NCBI GenBank assembly: GCA_002269645.1
Contig: NIVC01002767.1
Location: forward strand, 62,001-126,000
Origin: Macrostomum lignano
Lineage: Eukaryota
Direction of reading: 5' to 3'
DNA length: 64,000 nt
The notes under the pieces were generated by a model. The model ran no database searches. It saw only the letters and a list, made by a program, of their open reading frames with translations, and was not told the DNA's origin. The position numbers and the translations under genes are program-made. Positions 24,165 to 36,784 of the stretch are shown here, piece by piece (position 1 is the first letter of the stretch; each line of letters opens with the position of its first letter).

Positions 24165-24590
24165 TGACTGCTTGTGACACTCGTGAGACACACTGCTTGT
24201 GACACTCGTGAGACATACTGCTTGTGACACTCGTGAGACACACTGCTTGTGACACTCGTGAGACATACTGCTTGTGACACTCGTGAGACGCACTGCTTGT
24301 GACACTCGTGAGACACACTGCTTGTGACACTCGTGAGACAGACTACTTGTGACACTCGTGAGACAGACTACTTGTGACACTCGTGAGACACACTGGTTGT
24401 GACACTCGTGAGACAGACTACTTGTGACACTCGTGAGACACACTGCTTGTGACTCTCGTGAGACAGACTACTTGTGACACTCGTGAGACACACTGGTTGT
24501 GACACTCGTGAAACACTGCCTGTGACACTCATGAGACACACTGCTTCTGACACTCGTGAGACACTGCTTCTGACACTCGTGAGCTATTTG
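24165..24590. repeat. 25-bp minisatellite (GCTTGTGACACTCGTGAGACACACT)
   Basis: Read directly. Confidence 0.95.
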
Positions 24591-24749
24591 ACGCCAGCCA
24601 GCAACCAGAGAAAAAAATTGAAAGCAGTTAAGGCTTCTACCAAAAAAGTATTTCATGAATTTTTTTACTCCAAAGCCCAAACCAGCCATTTCGCTTAGTG
24701 TATTTGAAATTCAGTCCAAGGCCAGTGAGGGGCGGTCAGTCGGGCGCAG

Positions 24750-25133
24750 TCAGATGCGGGACGGGTACAGCATCACGCGGACCCGCTTGCCCATAGCCGC
24801 AGGCGGCAGGTTCGTGGTGAACTTGGCCCTCACGGCGCCCGAATTTCCGTGCGGCCGGGTCACCCGGCCCCAGATGACGCGAACCCGCGACTTCTCCTTG
24901 CCTTTGCCGGGCACGGGGGTCTGCCGCTTGCCTTTGTAAACGTAGGCGCAGCGCTTGCCCAGGTAGAAGTCCACGTCCTGGCGCTTCTCCACGCCTTCGA
25001 TGCGCAGCAGAGCGGTGTTCTCGTGCTGGTTGCGCAGGCCGCGCTTGTAGCCGGTGAACACCGCTTTGACGTACATGCGGCCTGGGGACCGCAGCTTCAG
25101 CGGCTGCTTGGAGGAGGACTGCTCGGATGACAT
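24750..25133 (-). CDS. RPL35A: 60S ribosomal protein L35a (eL33), 127 aa, uninterrupted CDS
   Basis: [83 protein letters not shown]. The N-terminal extension in the ORF track is repeat-derived; ATG at 25133. Confidence 0.97.
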   Translation of the reverse strand: MSSEQSSSKQPLKLRSPGRMYVKAVFTGYKRGLRNQHENTALLRIEGVEKRQDVDFYLGKRCAYVYKGKRQTPVPGKGKEKSRVRVIWGRVTRPHGNSGAVRAKFTTNLPPAAMGKRVRVMLYPSRI

Positions 25134-25196
25134 GTCTCCGGCTGCTAATGTGAGCTGACTGGCAGCGGGTGGCGGTTGGGGAGTTTGCGGATGCGA

Positions 25197-25570
25197 AATG
25201 ACCTCAGCTGACCCCGACCCCATAGTGACCTCAGCTGAACCCGACCCCATAAGTGACCTCAGCTGAACCCGACCCCTTAGTGACCTCAGCTGAACCCGAC
25301 CCCTTAGTGACCTCAGCTGAACCCGACCTCTTAGTGACCTCAGCTGAACCCGACCCCTTAGTGACCTCAGCTGAACCCGACCCCTTAGCGACCTCAGCTG
25401 AACCCGACCCCATAGTGACCTCAGCTGAACCCGACCCCTTAGCGACCTCAGCTGAACCCGACCCCATAGTGACCTCAGCTGAACCCGACCCCATAAGTGA
25501 CCTCAGCTAAACCCGACCCCTTAGCGACCTCAGCTGAACCCGACCCCATAGTGACCTCAGCTGACCCCAA
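25197..25570. repeat. 27-bp minisatellite (GACCTCAGCTGAACCCGACCCCTTAGT)
   Basis: Read directly. Confidence 0.95.
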
Positions 25571-26189
25571 ATCCCTTGCAACCTAATCTACCCCAAACGT
25601 CCTGTTTTGGTCTCATAAAGCAATAAATTGATACAAGGCAAAAAATCCAACAGTCAAATAGAAGTCCCAATCAGCAGATGGGAACAAGGAAAATCGTCCT
25701 GGATTTATTGAATACAGTCTCCTGGTTCGTGGGGTCATAAAACGATAGCAGCGCGCAGTATTAAAGAATAATTAAGTAAGACAAAAATGATCAAACTGAA
25801 AGAATAATACAACTAAATAAAGCATAATAACCCAAAATGCACTTTATAGCCTACTATACGAGAGTAGTATAAGTAGTAAATTTAAACGCAGACAAAAAGC
25901 AAAAATTTGAAGCACAGAAAATTTTTTGAAATGCATTAAGAAAAAAAAATTTTTTAGCACGCTGTGCATTTGAGCTGGGGGCAAACGACAATCAAGCCAA
26001 TAAATAACGCAGAGCAGAGCGCGAATTACCGGCTAATTATTAATTGAACAGCTTATTGTGGTAACCACAGCGTCATTGCTTTATACAGTAATAAAAAACA
26101 GATGGTAAACAAGCTTATGAATATGATACAGTAGCCACACGGAATACAGGGATTATGGGCTGAGCTAAGGGAATCGGGCTATGGGCGGT

Positions 26190-26445
26190 GGCCCAGCAAC
26201 TGACGATCTGGGAGGCTGGCCCAGCAACTGAGGATCTGGGAGGCTGGCCCAGCAACTGAGGATCTGGGAGGCTGGCCCAGCAACTGAGGATCTGGGAAGC
26301 TGGCCCAGCAACTGAGGATCTGGGAGGCTGGCCCAGCAACTGAAGATCTGGGAGGCTGGCCACAGCAACTGAGGATCTGGGAGGCTAGCGGCGGCCCAGT
26401 AACTGAGGATCTGGGAGGCTGGCGGCGGCCCAGTAACTGAGGATC
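26190..26445. repeat. 28-bp minisatellite family (GCAACTGAGGATCTGGGAGGCTGGCCCA), array 1
   Basis: Same unit at 27157-27905, 33160-33327 and 33985-34440. Confidence 0.95.
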
Positions 26446-26546
26446 AGCGATTTAAGTGGCATCCCGACTATGACTCGAACTCGAACCCGAAAATGGGTAG
26501 TTAATTTAGCTCTTAGCAACCCAGAGCGCAGACGCGCCGGGCCAGC

Positions 26547-29500
26547 TCAGACGGCGGTGAGCCTAACGATGCGGTCGGGCCGCTGGGCGGAGATCTTCAC
26601 GAAGCCCATGAGCTGCAGCTGAGCGCAGGCCCGCATGAATCGAACTTGCAGCATCTGTGACGGCGACGGCGAATTCTCGGCATTGCCAGCGTCACCATCG
26701 GCGGCGCGGCAGGCGGCAAACGACTGCATGAGCTCCACGGTGCGGACCAGCCTGCGGCACTCCTTCACCAGGCGGAAGGCCACGCGCACGTCCGCCATGC
26801 CGTTTGACTCGCTGACCTCCGCCTCATCGCCGCCCAGCAGCTGCTTCTCAAGCCAGCCGGCCGGATCGGCGGCGAAGGCGGCCGTCAGCGCAGGCCGGCA
26901 GTTGGCGTGGAGGCCGGGCAGCGGCGCTTGCAGGTCGGCGCGTAGGCGCCTATTGAGACAATCGGCCAGGCGGGCGCGCAGATTGGCGCCGATTTTGGTC
27001 TGCTCAGCGCGACGGCTGATCTCAGCCTCCAGCTGCTGGCGCTGCGCCTGCCGGGTCAGCTGATGCGGGCAAATAGGTGCGTTTCCATGGCAATAAGTAG
27101 GTACGTTTCCATGGCAATAAATAGGCACAGTGAGTTGCTGCAAACTAGAAAGACACAGCAACTGAGGATCTGGGAGGCTGGCCCAGCAACTGAGGATCTG
27201 GGAGGCTGGCCCAGCAACTGAGGATCTGGGAGGCTGGCCCAGCAACTGAGGATCTGGGAGGCTGGCCCAGCAACTGAGGATCTGGGAGGCTGGCAAACAG
27301 CAACTGAGGATCTGGGAGGCTGGCAAACAGCAACTGAGGATCTGGGAGGCTGGCAAACAGCAACTGAGGATCTGGGAGGCTGGCCCAGCAACTGAGCATC
27401 TGGGAGGCTGGCAAACAGCAACTGAGGATCTGGGAGGCTGGCAAACAGCAACTGAGGATCTGGGAGGCTGGCAAACAGCAACTGAGGATCTGGGAGGCTG
27501 GCCCAGCAACTGAGGATCTGGGAGGCTGGTCCAGCAACTGAGGATCTGGGAGGCTGGCAAACAGCAACTGAGGATCTGGGAGGCTGGCAAACAGCAACTG
27601 AGGATCTGGGAGGCTGGCCCAGCAACTGAGGATCTGGGAGGCTGGTCCAGCAACTGAGGATCTGGGAGGCTGGCAAACAGCAACTGAGGATCTGGGAGGC
27701 TGGCCCAGCAACTGAGCATCTGGGAGGCTGGCAAACAGCAACTGAGGATCTGGGAGGCTGGCAAACAGCAACTGAGGATCTGGGAGGCTGGCAAACAGCA
27801 ACTGAGGATCTGGGAGGCTGGCAAACAGCAACTGAGGATCTGGGAGGCTGGCCCAGCAACTGAGGATCTGGGAGGCTGGCCCAGCAACTGAGAATCTGGG
27901 AGGGTAGCGGCCAAGCTTGAGAATGGGAGGCCCGAAGAACACAGAGTACCCCAGCCACACACCTTGTGCTCGGAGCCGTGGTCGCCCTGTCCGGGGCTGG
28001 CAACTGCAGGTTCGGTCAAAGCTGCGGTCTCGTCCCGCCGTCTGGTTAGTTCATCGGCTAGTTCGTCAAGATAGGCGGACCAGCCGGCAAGCAGCGACTG
28101 GGTGAGCGAGTCGCAGTCCTCATTGAGCAGGTTGAGCAGCTGCCTGGCGGACTCCACCCTGGCCAGCACAGTCTCGGTGCTCTCAGCCAGCAGGGCGGCC
28201 AGGCGGCTCAGGTATTCCTCGCTGTCGCACAGGTGCTGCCGGTTGCTAAGCAACAGAGAATAGATGTCCCGACGTGAGTCCCAGTTGAGCAGTTTGCCAA
28301 TGAGCTGCATGACCAGCGGCACCGCGCGCAGCTGGCGAAGGTGCGCCGTGCCGGCCGGGTCCTCGGCGCCGATATGGCCGAGCAGCGCGAGCCTCAGCCG
28401 CAGCATGAAGGCCGCTATGGAGAACTCTCTCTCGTCGAAGGCTTCAACTAGACAGTCAAAAGTCGGCCGGCTGAGGCGGAAATGCCACTGCCGGCAGTTG
28501 ATGAGGACGCGGTCCAGCACCCGGTCGAACAGGATGCCGGCCGGGGCGGACCGGAAGCAGCGGACGGACAGGCGGGCCAAGGCGCGGCTGGACAGCAGAG
28601 ACTGCAGGCTGGCCAGAGTCTTGGACAGGCTGCACACACAGGCCACGGGCAGCTGGGCCGCGTAGTGGCTGCTCACCTGGAGGAGATCGATCGGGTGACG
28701 TTGCAAAATTAGCAGCATGCAGTAACCCCCCCCCCCCCTCCGACAAACACGGGGAGGGCGGCTGAGGATCGGACACTGCCATCAGATCCGACACTGCCAT
28801 CCGACACTTTACCAGCATAAAGTACTACTTACTAAGTAGACGAAAACATGTCACTCACAAGAATAAATTTGTTTAGCGCCTTGCCGCTGGTGGTCTCGTC
28901 AAAGTCGCGAATCAGCAGAACGAGCTGCGGCGGCTGTTGCTTTTGCTGCTTCTGCCTTTTGTCCGCGGCAGCCCCGAAGACGCTCTGATAGACTTCAGCA
29001 GCCAGCAGAAACGTGTGCTTTATATTGACAGATACTTTGCCAGCCTGTACCGGGGTGGACCCGATCTCCGGCAGCCACTGGGCCAGCGCTTTGGAGAACA
29101 GCTGAGTAGACGATACCAGGTCGCTGGAGTCAACCTGAGGGAGACAGTTGCAGAGCGTAAGGGTGTTGGTTGGATCTTCGGGTCTCTCGTCAGGGTTAGG
29201 TCTCAATGGGATATTTTTTAAAGATCTTAGAGTAATCTCTAGGCACAGCCAAGTCTGTCCGGAAAGCCCCAGGCATAGTCAAGACTGTCCGGGAAATCCC
29301 AGGCACAGCCAAGTCTGTCCGGAAAGCCCCAGGCATAGTCAAGACTGTCCGGGAAATCCCCAGGCACAGCCAAGTCTGTCCGGAAAGCCCCAGGCATAGT
29401 CAAGACTGTCCGGGAAATCCCCAGGCACAGCCAAGTCTGTCCGGAAAGCCCCAGGTATAGTCAAGACTGTCCGGGAAATCCCCAGGCACAGCCAAGTCTG

Positions 29501-30317
29501 TCCGGAAAGCCCCAGGCATAGTCAAGACTGTCCGGGAAATCTCCAGGCACAGTCAAGTCTGTCCGGAAAGCCCCAGGCATAGTCAAGGCTGTCCGGGAAA
29601 TCCCCAGGCATAGTCAAGACTGTCCGGGAAATCCCCAGGCATAGTCAAGAGTGTCCGGGAAATTCCAAGGTTTCTGAAGTGTCCGGAAAATCTCAGTGTC
29701 TTTTCAAGGTCACTGATGAGTCCCTAGGCCTTACCAAAGTTTGTCAAGGTAACCGAAGAATCCCTGTGACCTACCTGAGCCAGTCGGAAATTCCCACTCG
29801 CCTCAAGGCTGGCGGTCAGGCCGGACAGCATGGCGTCCCTGTCGGGCGTGTTGACCCCGGAGTGCAGCGCGGCGAACGGCAGCCGGCCAGCCAGGCAGTC
29901 GAAGAAGCCGTCGTCATCGGCGGTTGGCGAGTCCGACCGTCGACGCCACCGGAGCAGCCATTCGGCGTGCTGTCCGGCCAGAAAGTCGGCCAAACTGCTG
30001 CAAACGCCGACGTTGGACTCGGCGAGGACGCTGGCCGCCTGCTGTTCGTACCAGGGCCAGACGGCGGCGAATCGAGCGTCGGCCGCCGCCTGCTCAGCGG
30101 CTGCGTCACCACCGCCGGCGACGCCGCTGTCAATCTTCATGGCCAGCGGCTGAGGCGACAGGGCGCGACGGCGGCTTTTGCCGGCCGACTGCGGAGGCGG
30201 CGGCTGCTTGGCTGGCGTCCCCGCTGCGGCGCCCGAAGCCCTGGCAAACTTCGGCAGCCGAGCCAGCAGGGCGGGCGGGCCGTCCAGAATGAGCAGTCGG
30301 CGAGGGGCTGGCTTCAT
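26547..30317 (-). CDS. ORC3: Origin recognition complex subunit 3 (about 681 aa, 4 exons)
   Basis: Exons 30317-29775, 29134-28859, 28676-27963, 27059-26547, all phase 0 GT..AG. Motifs [66 protein letters not shown] match ORC3. Confidence 0.92.
27157..27905. repeat. 28-bp minisatellite, array 2 (ORC3 intron 3)
   Basis: Read directly. Confidence 0.97.
29240..29670. repeat. 30/31-bp minisatellite with alternating A/B subunits (ORC3 intron 1)
   Basis: CCAGGCACAGCCAAGTCTGTCCGGAAAGCC alternating with CCAGGCATAGTCAAGACTGTCCGGGAAATC. Confidence 0.93.
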
Positions 30318-30469
30318 TGTGCTACTTGAAGTAGTTTATGTTCACGCGACTATAGTGGGGGAGTTTTGATCAGGAGCTTTTCATGAAACCACGGTAGGAA
30401 TCGGGTGAACGATAATCTATGAATAAATTCAAGTTCGGCCTTTTTAAATCGCCTAGTAGAGTTGTAGCG

Positions 30470-30845
30470 CCCCCAACTACAAGGCCAAAGGGGTGGTGGC
30501 GCCCCCATCTACAAGGCCGAGGGGGTGAGGGCGCCCCCATCTACAAGGCAGAGGGGGTGAGGGCGCCCCCATCTACAAGGCAGAGGGGGTGGTGGCGCCC
30601 CCAACTCCAAGGCCAAGGGGGTGAGGGCCCCCAAATACAAGGCCAAGGGGGTGGCGGCGCCCCCAACTCCAAGGCCAAGGGGGTGAGGGCGCCCCCAACT
30701 CCAAGGCCAAGGGGGTGGCGGCGCCCCCAACTACAAGGCCAAGGGGGTGGCGGCGCCTCCAACTACAAGGCCAAGGGGGTGAGGGCGCCCCCAACTACAA
30801 GGCCGAGGGGGTGGCGGCGCCCCCAACTCCAAGGCCAAGGGGGTG
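30470..30845. repeat. About 32-bp GC-rich minisatellite
   Basis: GCGCCCCCAACTACAAGGCCAAGGGGGTG(GCG/AGG) units. Confidence 0.92.
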
Positions 30846-31569
30846 GCAACCTCAATCAGTGACTTATTTAAGGTTTTTAAAGATAATGCATTCTCTATAT
30901 ATTTTAAGAGAAGCTACTGTCAAACAAACCTGGATATCAGAAACGATTGTATTTCTGTTTGGTTTCTAGTAACAATTTTATTATTATACTAATATTAATT
31001 GTTCATTTAACTACAAAGAGCTAGGTGGACAATGTGATGTGCACGAAAAACGGAAAAGCAAATTTGAACAGTAGTATGCATAGCATATTGTCAGAAAATC
31101 TATTCAAATCACCAGAATTTGAAGTGTCAATAAAGTCAGAGAGAATTATAACGAATTAGACAATTACATGCAACAAATTGAAAACTGGAAGACAATTAAC
31201 TGGCTCTATCTGTAACAATGCTTACCAATAAATAACAATGGCATACAAAGCTGAAAAAGCGCCATGAAAATTTTTTTACACTTTTATAACAACTCTAAGA
31301 CTAAGCAATATCCTATGAGAAAAGTACATTGATATACTAATTAGGGTCCGCAAGCTAAGACTGAAACTGTATTGCATCGGCTTATAAGGTTTACAGAGTT
31401 TATTTTGACTGAAGTTTACTCGAAAGTACACGAAATCAAATAATAGTACATCATATCAAATTAAGAGTACATAAACTCTTATTAAAGTACACAACCCCAT
31501 TAAAGTATACTGGCTTTTTATTTAAAAGTACAAGAACCATAATAAAAGTACATCCACAAACAAAAAGAC

Positions 31570-34500
31570 TCAGTCCCGCTCAACGATGAGCTCAACAACA
31601 GACTGCTCCATGGAGACGGGATCGATGCAGCGGTGCGCGGCGCTGGCCAGAATCTCCTCGAGCAGAAAGTGCACAACACTGTCGTCGGACACGTAGCGCC
31701 AGAGAAACGCGTGCAGATAGTGGCAGTCCACCTGCACCTGCTGCAGGCCGTAGCGGCCGAAGGTCTTCAACCGGACGCATTCTAGCAGGGTTTTCAAAGC
31801 TAACCGGACAACTCCGGACACAACGGAGGCGCGTCCGAATTCGGCCGGACCGAGAAGGTCGACTTTGTCGCTGAACAGGCGGTGCAGCAGGCTGTTGCCG
31901 AGGGTGGACGGCGTTGCCGACCATTGGCTGCGGCTGGCGGCAGTCAGCGGCCGGCGGGCGAGCCGGCTGGCGCTGCTGTCCGAGGACCGGTCGCCGCCGC
32001 CGCGGCCGCCGCCACCGCTAGGCGCTTCATCGTATAGGCTGGACACCGAAGCGTCGATGCCGGCGAGATCTTCAACGACACGTTTGACAACGGCGCGAAC
32101 TGAACGGGGCTCGATGCCCTGCGGAATTCGACAGTAAATGACAGTATAGAGTACAGTAAATTACAGTATAGAGTACAGTAAATGACAGTATAGAGTACAG
32201 TAAATTACAGTATAGAGTACAGTAAATGACAGTATAGAGTACAGTAAATGACAGTATAGAGTACAGTAAATGACAGTATAGAGTACAGTAAATGACAGTA
32301 TAGAGTACAGTAAATGACAGTATAGAGTACAGTAAATGACAGTATAGAGTACAGTAAATGACAGTATAGAGTACAGTAAATGACAGTATAGAGTACAGTA
32401 AATGACAGTATAGAGTACAGTAAATGACAGTATAGAGTACAGTAAATGACAGTATAGAGTACAGTAAATGACAGTATAGAGTACAGTAAATGACAGTATG
32501 GAGTACAGTAAATGACAGTATAGAGTACAGTAAATGACAGTATAGAGTAAAGTAAATTACAGTAGCTTACAGCATGAGATGTGGTAGCTTTTACAATGAA
32601 TTTAAATATTCTAGATACAGTATGCAAACATTTATGAATCATTAACTACTATGAGTAGATAATCAGCACTCGACGGCAGGCCCCACCGTACCTGCAGCCA
32701 GTCCCTGGCATCCACCGACTTGCGCAGCATGCCGGCCAGGGTGCCGCCGCTAGCGCAGACGTAGGCCTGCAGCAGCTCGGCAGCCGAGTCGCTGTACACC
32801 GCCGACAACTCGCTGACGGGCGTCACCAAAGCCTCCGCCTGGGGAGACTCCGGCACCAGGAATTGCTCGTCTGCCAGGGTGCACAGGTAGTGCAGAGAGG
32901 AGTTGCGAAAGTCCAAACAGTAGCGGGACAGAAGCAGCAGCAGGAGAGGCGGTGGCGTTGGCGACAGCTGGGCGAGGCGGGCGCATTGGGTGGCCTGGTG
33001 GTTCAGGAAGCCGGCCAGGAGCTCCTGGCGGACGGCGCGCACGCAGAACCGTTCGCGGAATGCCGGCTTCAGCGAGAAGCTCACGTCCGTTGCTAGGAAG
33101 GCCTGCGAGTGGTTCGGGACGACATTGGGATGATTATGGATTCTTAAATGAAAGATCTGGGAGGTCGGCGCTGGCCCAGTAACTGAGGATCTGGGAGGCT
33201 GGCCCAGCAACTGAGGATCTGGGAGGCTGGCCCAGCAACTGAGGATCTGGGAGGCTGGCTCAGCAACTGAGGATCTGGGAGGCTGGCTCAGCAACTGAGG
33301 ATCTGGGAGGCTGGCCCAGCAACTGAGTGAAGTGATACATTTTGGCTCTAGAAAGCTCCCATCCAGATTGAATGTATTTTAACCAATGAATGCGCTCCAA
33401 ATAGCAAAAGCTGAGGACACGACCCCAACCTCAACCAATGAAAAGCAGTTATGTACCATCCAATGCGATCAAGACTGAAAAGTACTATAAAAGCTCATGT
33501 TAACCAAGCAAGAAGCTCGCCTTTTTTCTGCTCGCTCCGCCTCTCCACGCCCTTGCCTCTCCTTCGCCATTCTCCTAGCTTACCTCGTTTGACTATTTTG
33601 ATTGACACAGTTAGGGTCTCAACCCAAACACCAAAACTTATAAGTCGACTTACTAAAGCCAAACCAACACCCAATCCACGTTTCACAATAGACTGAACCT
33701 TCGGTTCACCCGAACAACTAGAAACACCTTGTGACTTAAATCGAACGAGCTTCTTATTTGGAATTCCACCTTAGACATTATATTTTGTGAGAAAACATCT
33801 CGAGATTGTGACCATCAAATACAACGGTCTGTAAGTTACCATCAAGTGTTTGCATCATCAGGAAAAGTCAGTTGAATCCGCCGCCTCAGTTATTTGGCTC
33901 TCACATTGATATTTGAAGTAGAACAAGAGCCATAGAAGTGAGAGACCAGAAGAAGAACAAGAACATATATTTTAAAATATTTCATGAGGATCTGGGAGGC
34001 TGGCTCAGCAACTGAGGATCTGGGAGGCTGGCTCAGCAACTGAGGATCTGGGAGGCTGGCCCAGCAACTGAGGATCTGGGAGGCTGGCCCAGCAACTGAG
34101 GATCTGGGAGGCTGGCTCAGCAACTGAGAATCTGGGAGGCTGGCCCAGCAACTGAGCATCTGGGAGGCTGGCCCAGCAACTGAGGATCTGGGAGGCTGGC
34201 CCAGCAACTGAGGATCTGGGAGGCTGGCCCAGCAACTGAGGATCTGGGAGGCTGGCCCAGCAACTGAGGATCTGGGAGGCTGGCCCAGCAACTGAGCATC
34301 TGGGAGGCTGGCCCAGCAACTGAGGATCTGGGAGGCTGGCCCAGCAACTGAGGATCTGGGAGGCTGGCCCAGCAACTGAGGATCTGGGAGGCTGGCCCAG
34401 CAACTGAGGATCTGGGAGGCTGGCCCAGCAACTGAGGAACTGCACACAGGACAAAGCAATAAAACAATAAAACAAGAGGTCCCCCTCACCTGCAGCCCAG

Positions 34501-36492
34501 CAAGGGCGGCCTTCACAGCGTCCACCAGCTCCGTGAGCAGGCCGGCCATCAGCTGAGGCAGGCTGACACTGCGGGCCCCGGCGGTGGCCAGCTGGGAGCG
34601 GAGGCCGGACAGCGCGGCGGTCAGGCGGAGGTCCAGCTGCGCCCGCACCGCAGCCGCCCGCTCGGCAGCAGCGTCGCACACCACGGCCAAGGCTCTGACT
34701 GACAGCTCGCCCTCGGTGACCAGCCGGTGCATGGCCTGCAGCTTGCGGTGGAATCTGTCGCAGGCGCGCACCAGCAGGGAGTCGCCGGTGCCGCCGGACT
34801 CTCGGGCTTCAAGACAGAACCGCTTGGACACGATGGCCAGGTAGGAGCGCATGACTGACTCGTGGTAGGCCTCGAGCTTGGCGCGGGACTCGGGACTGGT
34901 TTGGGATATTGAGGAAGGAATGGGATGGGAAACCTAATGACTAACTCAAACAAATGAAAAAATCAAGATATTGGAATCCTCTTGATAAAACCCTGGGGTA
35001 GAAAAACTTTTTGATCCCAAGGGCCAGATAAAGAATCTAGCTTTTGACTACGAGCCAGACGAGAGTGGAAAGGAGATAAGAGAAGAGAGAATAGAGGAGA
35101 GAGGGGAAAGGAGAAAGAAGAGAGAAGAGAGAAGAGAGAAGAGAGGACAGAAGCAAGAAGAGAGAAGAGAAGAGAAGATAGGAGAGAGAAGAGAGAAGAT
35201 AGAGGGAAGAGTAGAGAGGGGAGAGAAGAGGGGAGAGGAGAGAAGTTTCAAAGGACCCGAGGGCCGGACAGATGCTTTGCAGAACGCATGTGGCACGGGT
35301 ACCGGAGCTTGCTCGACCCATGTGCGATGGGATAAAATCCCATGAAATAAGTATACCTGTATAATGAATACAAAAATCCTCACCTGGGAAAGATGTCGCC
35401 AAACACAGCGATGAGAATGCAGAGCTCGGACACCAGGTGGTTGCAGCCCTGGTCAACAAACTGCAGCACGTCGTCCTGCAGGCTGCCAGCCTGAGCTTCG
35501 AGGTCGCCCAGCAGGCGCTGCATCCGCGGGTCGGCCTGACGCAGGAAAGCCGCCGACAGGTCGGCCTCGGACTCGCCCAGCTGGCCGAGCAGGTCCACCA
35601 GTTCCGCCAGCTGCCTGGCGTCTGGGGCGCCGCCACCACTGCCGCCTTCGCCGCCGCTCTCGGTGCCGCTGCCGCCTTCGTTAAACCGCTGCCACAGCTG
35701 GGCGCGCAGCTCGGCCATGATGGCCAGGCAGTCCGCTCTGCGAATTTGGTAAAAGACGGCGATGAAGAACCCGCCAGCCCGCTAGATCTGTGGAGAACCC
35801 GCCAGCCCGCTAGATCTGTGGAGAACCAGCCCGCTAGATCTGTGGAGAACCAGCCCTCTAGATCTGTGGAGAACCCGCCAGCCGATCGCCAGATGCACTC
35901 ACCTGATAGGCCGGAAGCTCGGCAGATCGGCGTACCGACTGAGCACCCGGTCGGCCTGTTGCCAAGCTCGAATGGCCTGCTGGTGAGCTCCCTCACGTCG
36001 CAGCTCGGTGAGCCGAGCCGGCAGGTCCAGCAGGTACTGCAGCTTGTGCAGCAGGGCGGACACCCCGGCCAGCCGCTTCAACTCGGCCCGCTTGCCGCCT
36101 ACGTGCTGGCGGACGTCAGCAGCCTGCTGGCTCATTGCGGACACGCTCTCAGCCAGGTTGTTCATCTCCTGCTCCATCCGGTGGAAGTCGCTCTTCATCT
36201 TTCTAATAGTATCGGTGGCCGATATGAATTTGGAATAATTATCGTAGACCAGAGTCTGCATGTCGGAGTCCAGCTGGCGGATCTGGTCAACCATCTGCTG
36301 CTCCTTTGCCATGAGGCTGGTCAGCGGCTGCTCCTGCAGCAGCTTGCTTAGGTACACCTCCGGGTCGAAGCCGGCGCCGTCAATGTCGCACGGATCGACA
36401 TTCAGGCCGACTGAGGCGGCGTCGGACTCGACCTGGCCCTGCTGGTAGAAACTGCGCAGCCGGCTGTTGCGGCTGGACCGGTCGGGTTCGGC
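31570..36492 (-). CDS. VPS51: GARP/EARP subunit VPS51 (5 exons resolved; start codon not found)
   Basis: Exons 36492-35903, 35737-35384, 34895-34490, 33102-32692, 32118-31570 with compatible phases. Motifs DIDGAGFDPEVYL..LDSDMQTLVYDNYSKFISATDTIRKMK and LKTLLECVRLKTFGRYGLQQVQVDCHYL..RCIDPVSME. Confidence 0.95.
32130..32560. repeat. 22-bp minisatellite (ACAGTAAATGACAGTATAGAGT)
   Basis: Read directly; VPS51 intron. Confidence 0.96.
33160..33327. repeat. 28-bp minisatellite, array 3
   Basis: Read directly. Confidence 0.93.
33333..33860 (+). mobile_element. Possible solo LTR inserted in a VPS51 intron
   Basis: Starts TGAT, ends ATCA; three CCAAT boxes then CTATAAAA near 33486 and a pyrimidine-rich tract; separates two 28-bp arrays. 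No clean target-site duplication. Confidence 0.3.
33985..34440. repeat. 28-bp minisatellite, array 4
   Basis: Read directly. Confidence 0.95.
35060..35245. repeat. GA-rich low-complexity tract
   Basis: Read directly. Confidence 0.85.
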
Positions 36493-36784
36493 CTGAAACA
36501 GCAGGGGGGTCCATGGACTGCTGGGTCTGTTGGATGTGGCAAGGACTGCTGGCTCTGTTGGATGGGGCAAGGACTGCTAGAGTCCATGGACTGATGACTC
36601 TGTTGTATGGGGCAAGGACTGCTAGAGTCAATGGACTGCTGGCTCTATTGTATGGGGCAAGGACTGCCAAGGTTCCATTGGATTGGCAAACTGAAATCCA
36701 AGGACTGATTAGAAAATTCTAACTGAAATGGTAGGCGGTAGTCAAGGACATATAGTTCAACTTGGACTGGAAAACTGGAAGCTA

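Noticed and set aside
25600-26100. Possible snoRNA upstream of RPL35A
   Set aside because: No properly spaced C/D or H/ACA boxes found on the gene strand.
26547-28718. A single 723-aa ORC3 ORF containing the repeat
   Set aside because: ORC3 homology stops at donor 27962 and resumes at acceptor 27060; treated as an intron, with retention noted as a finding.
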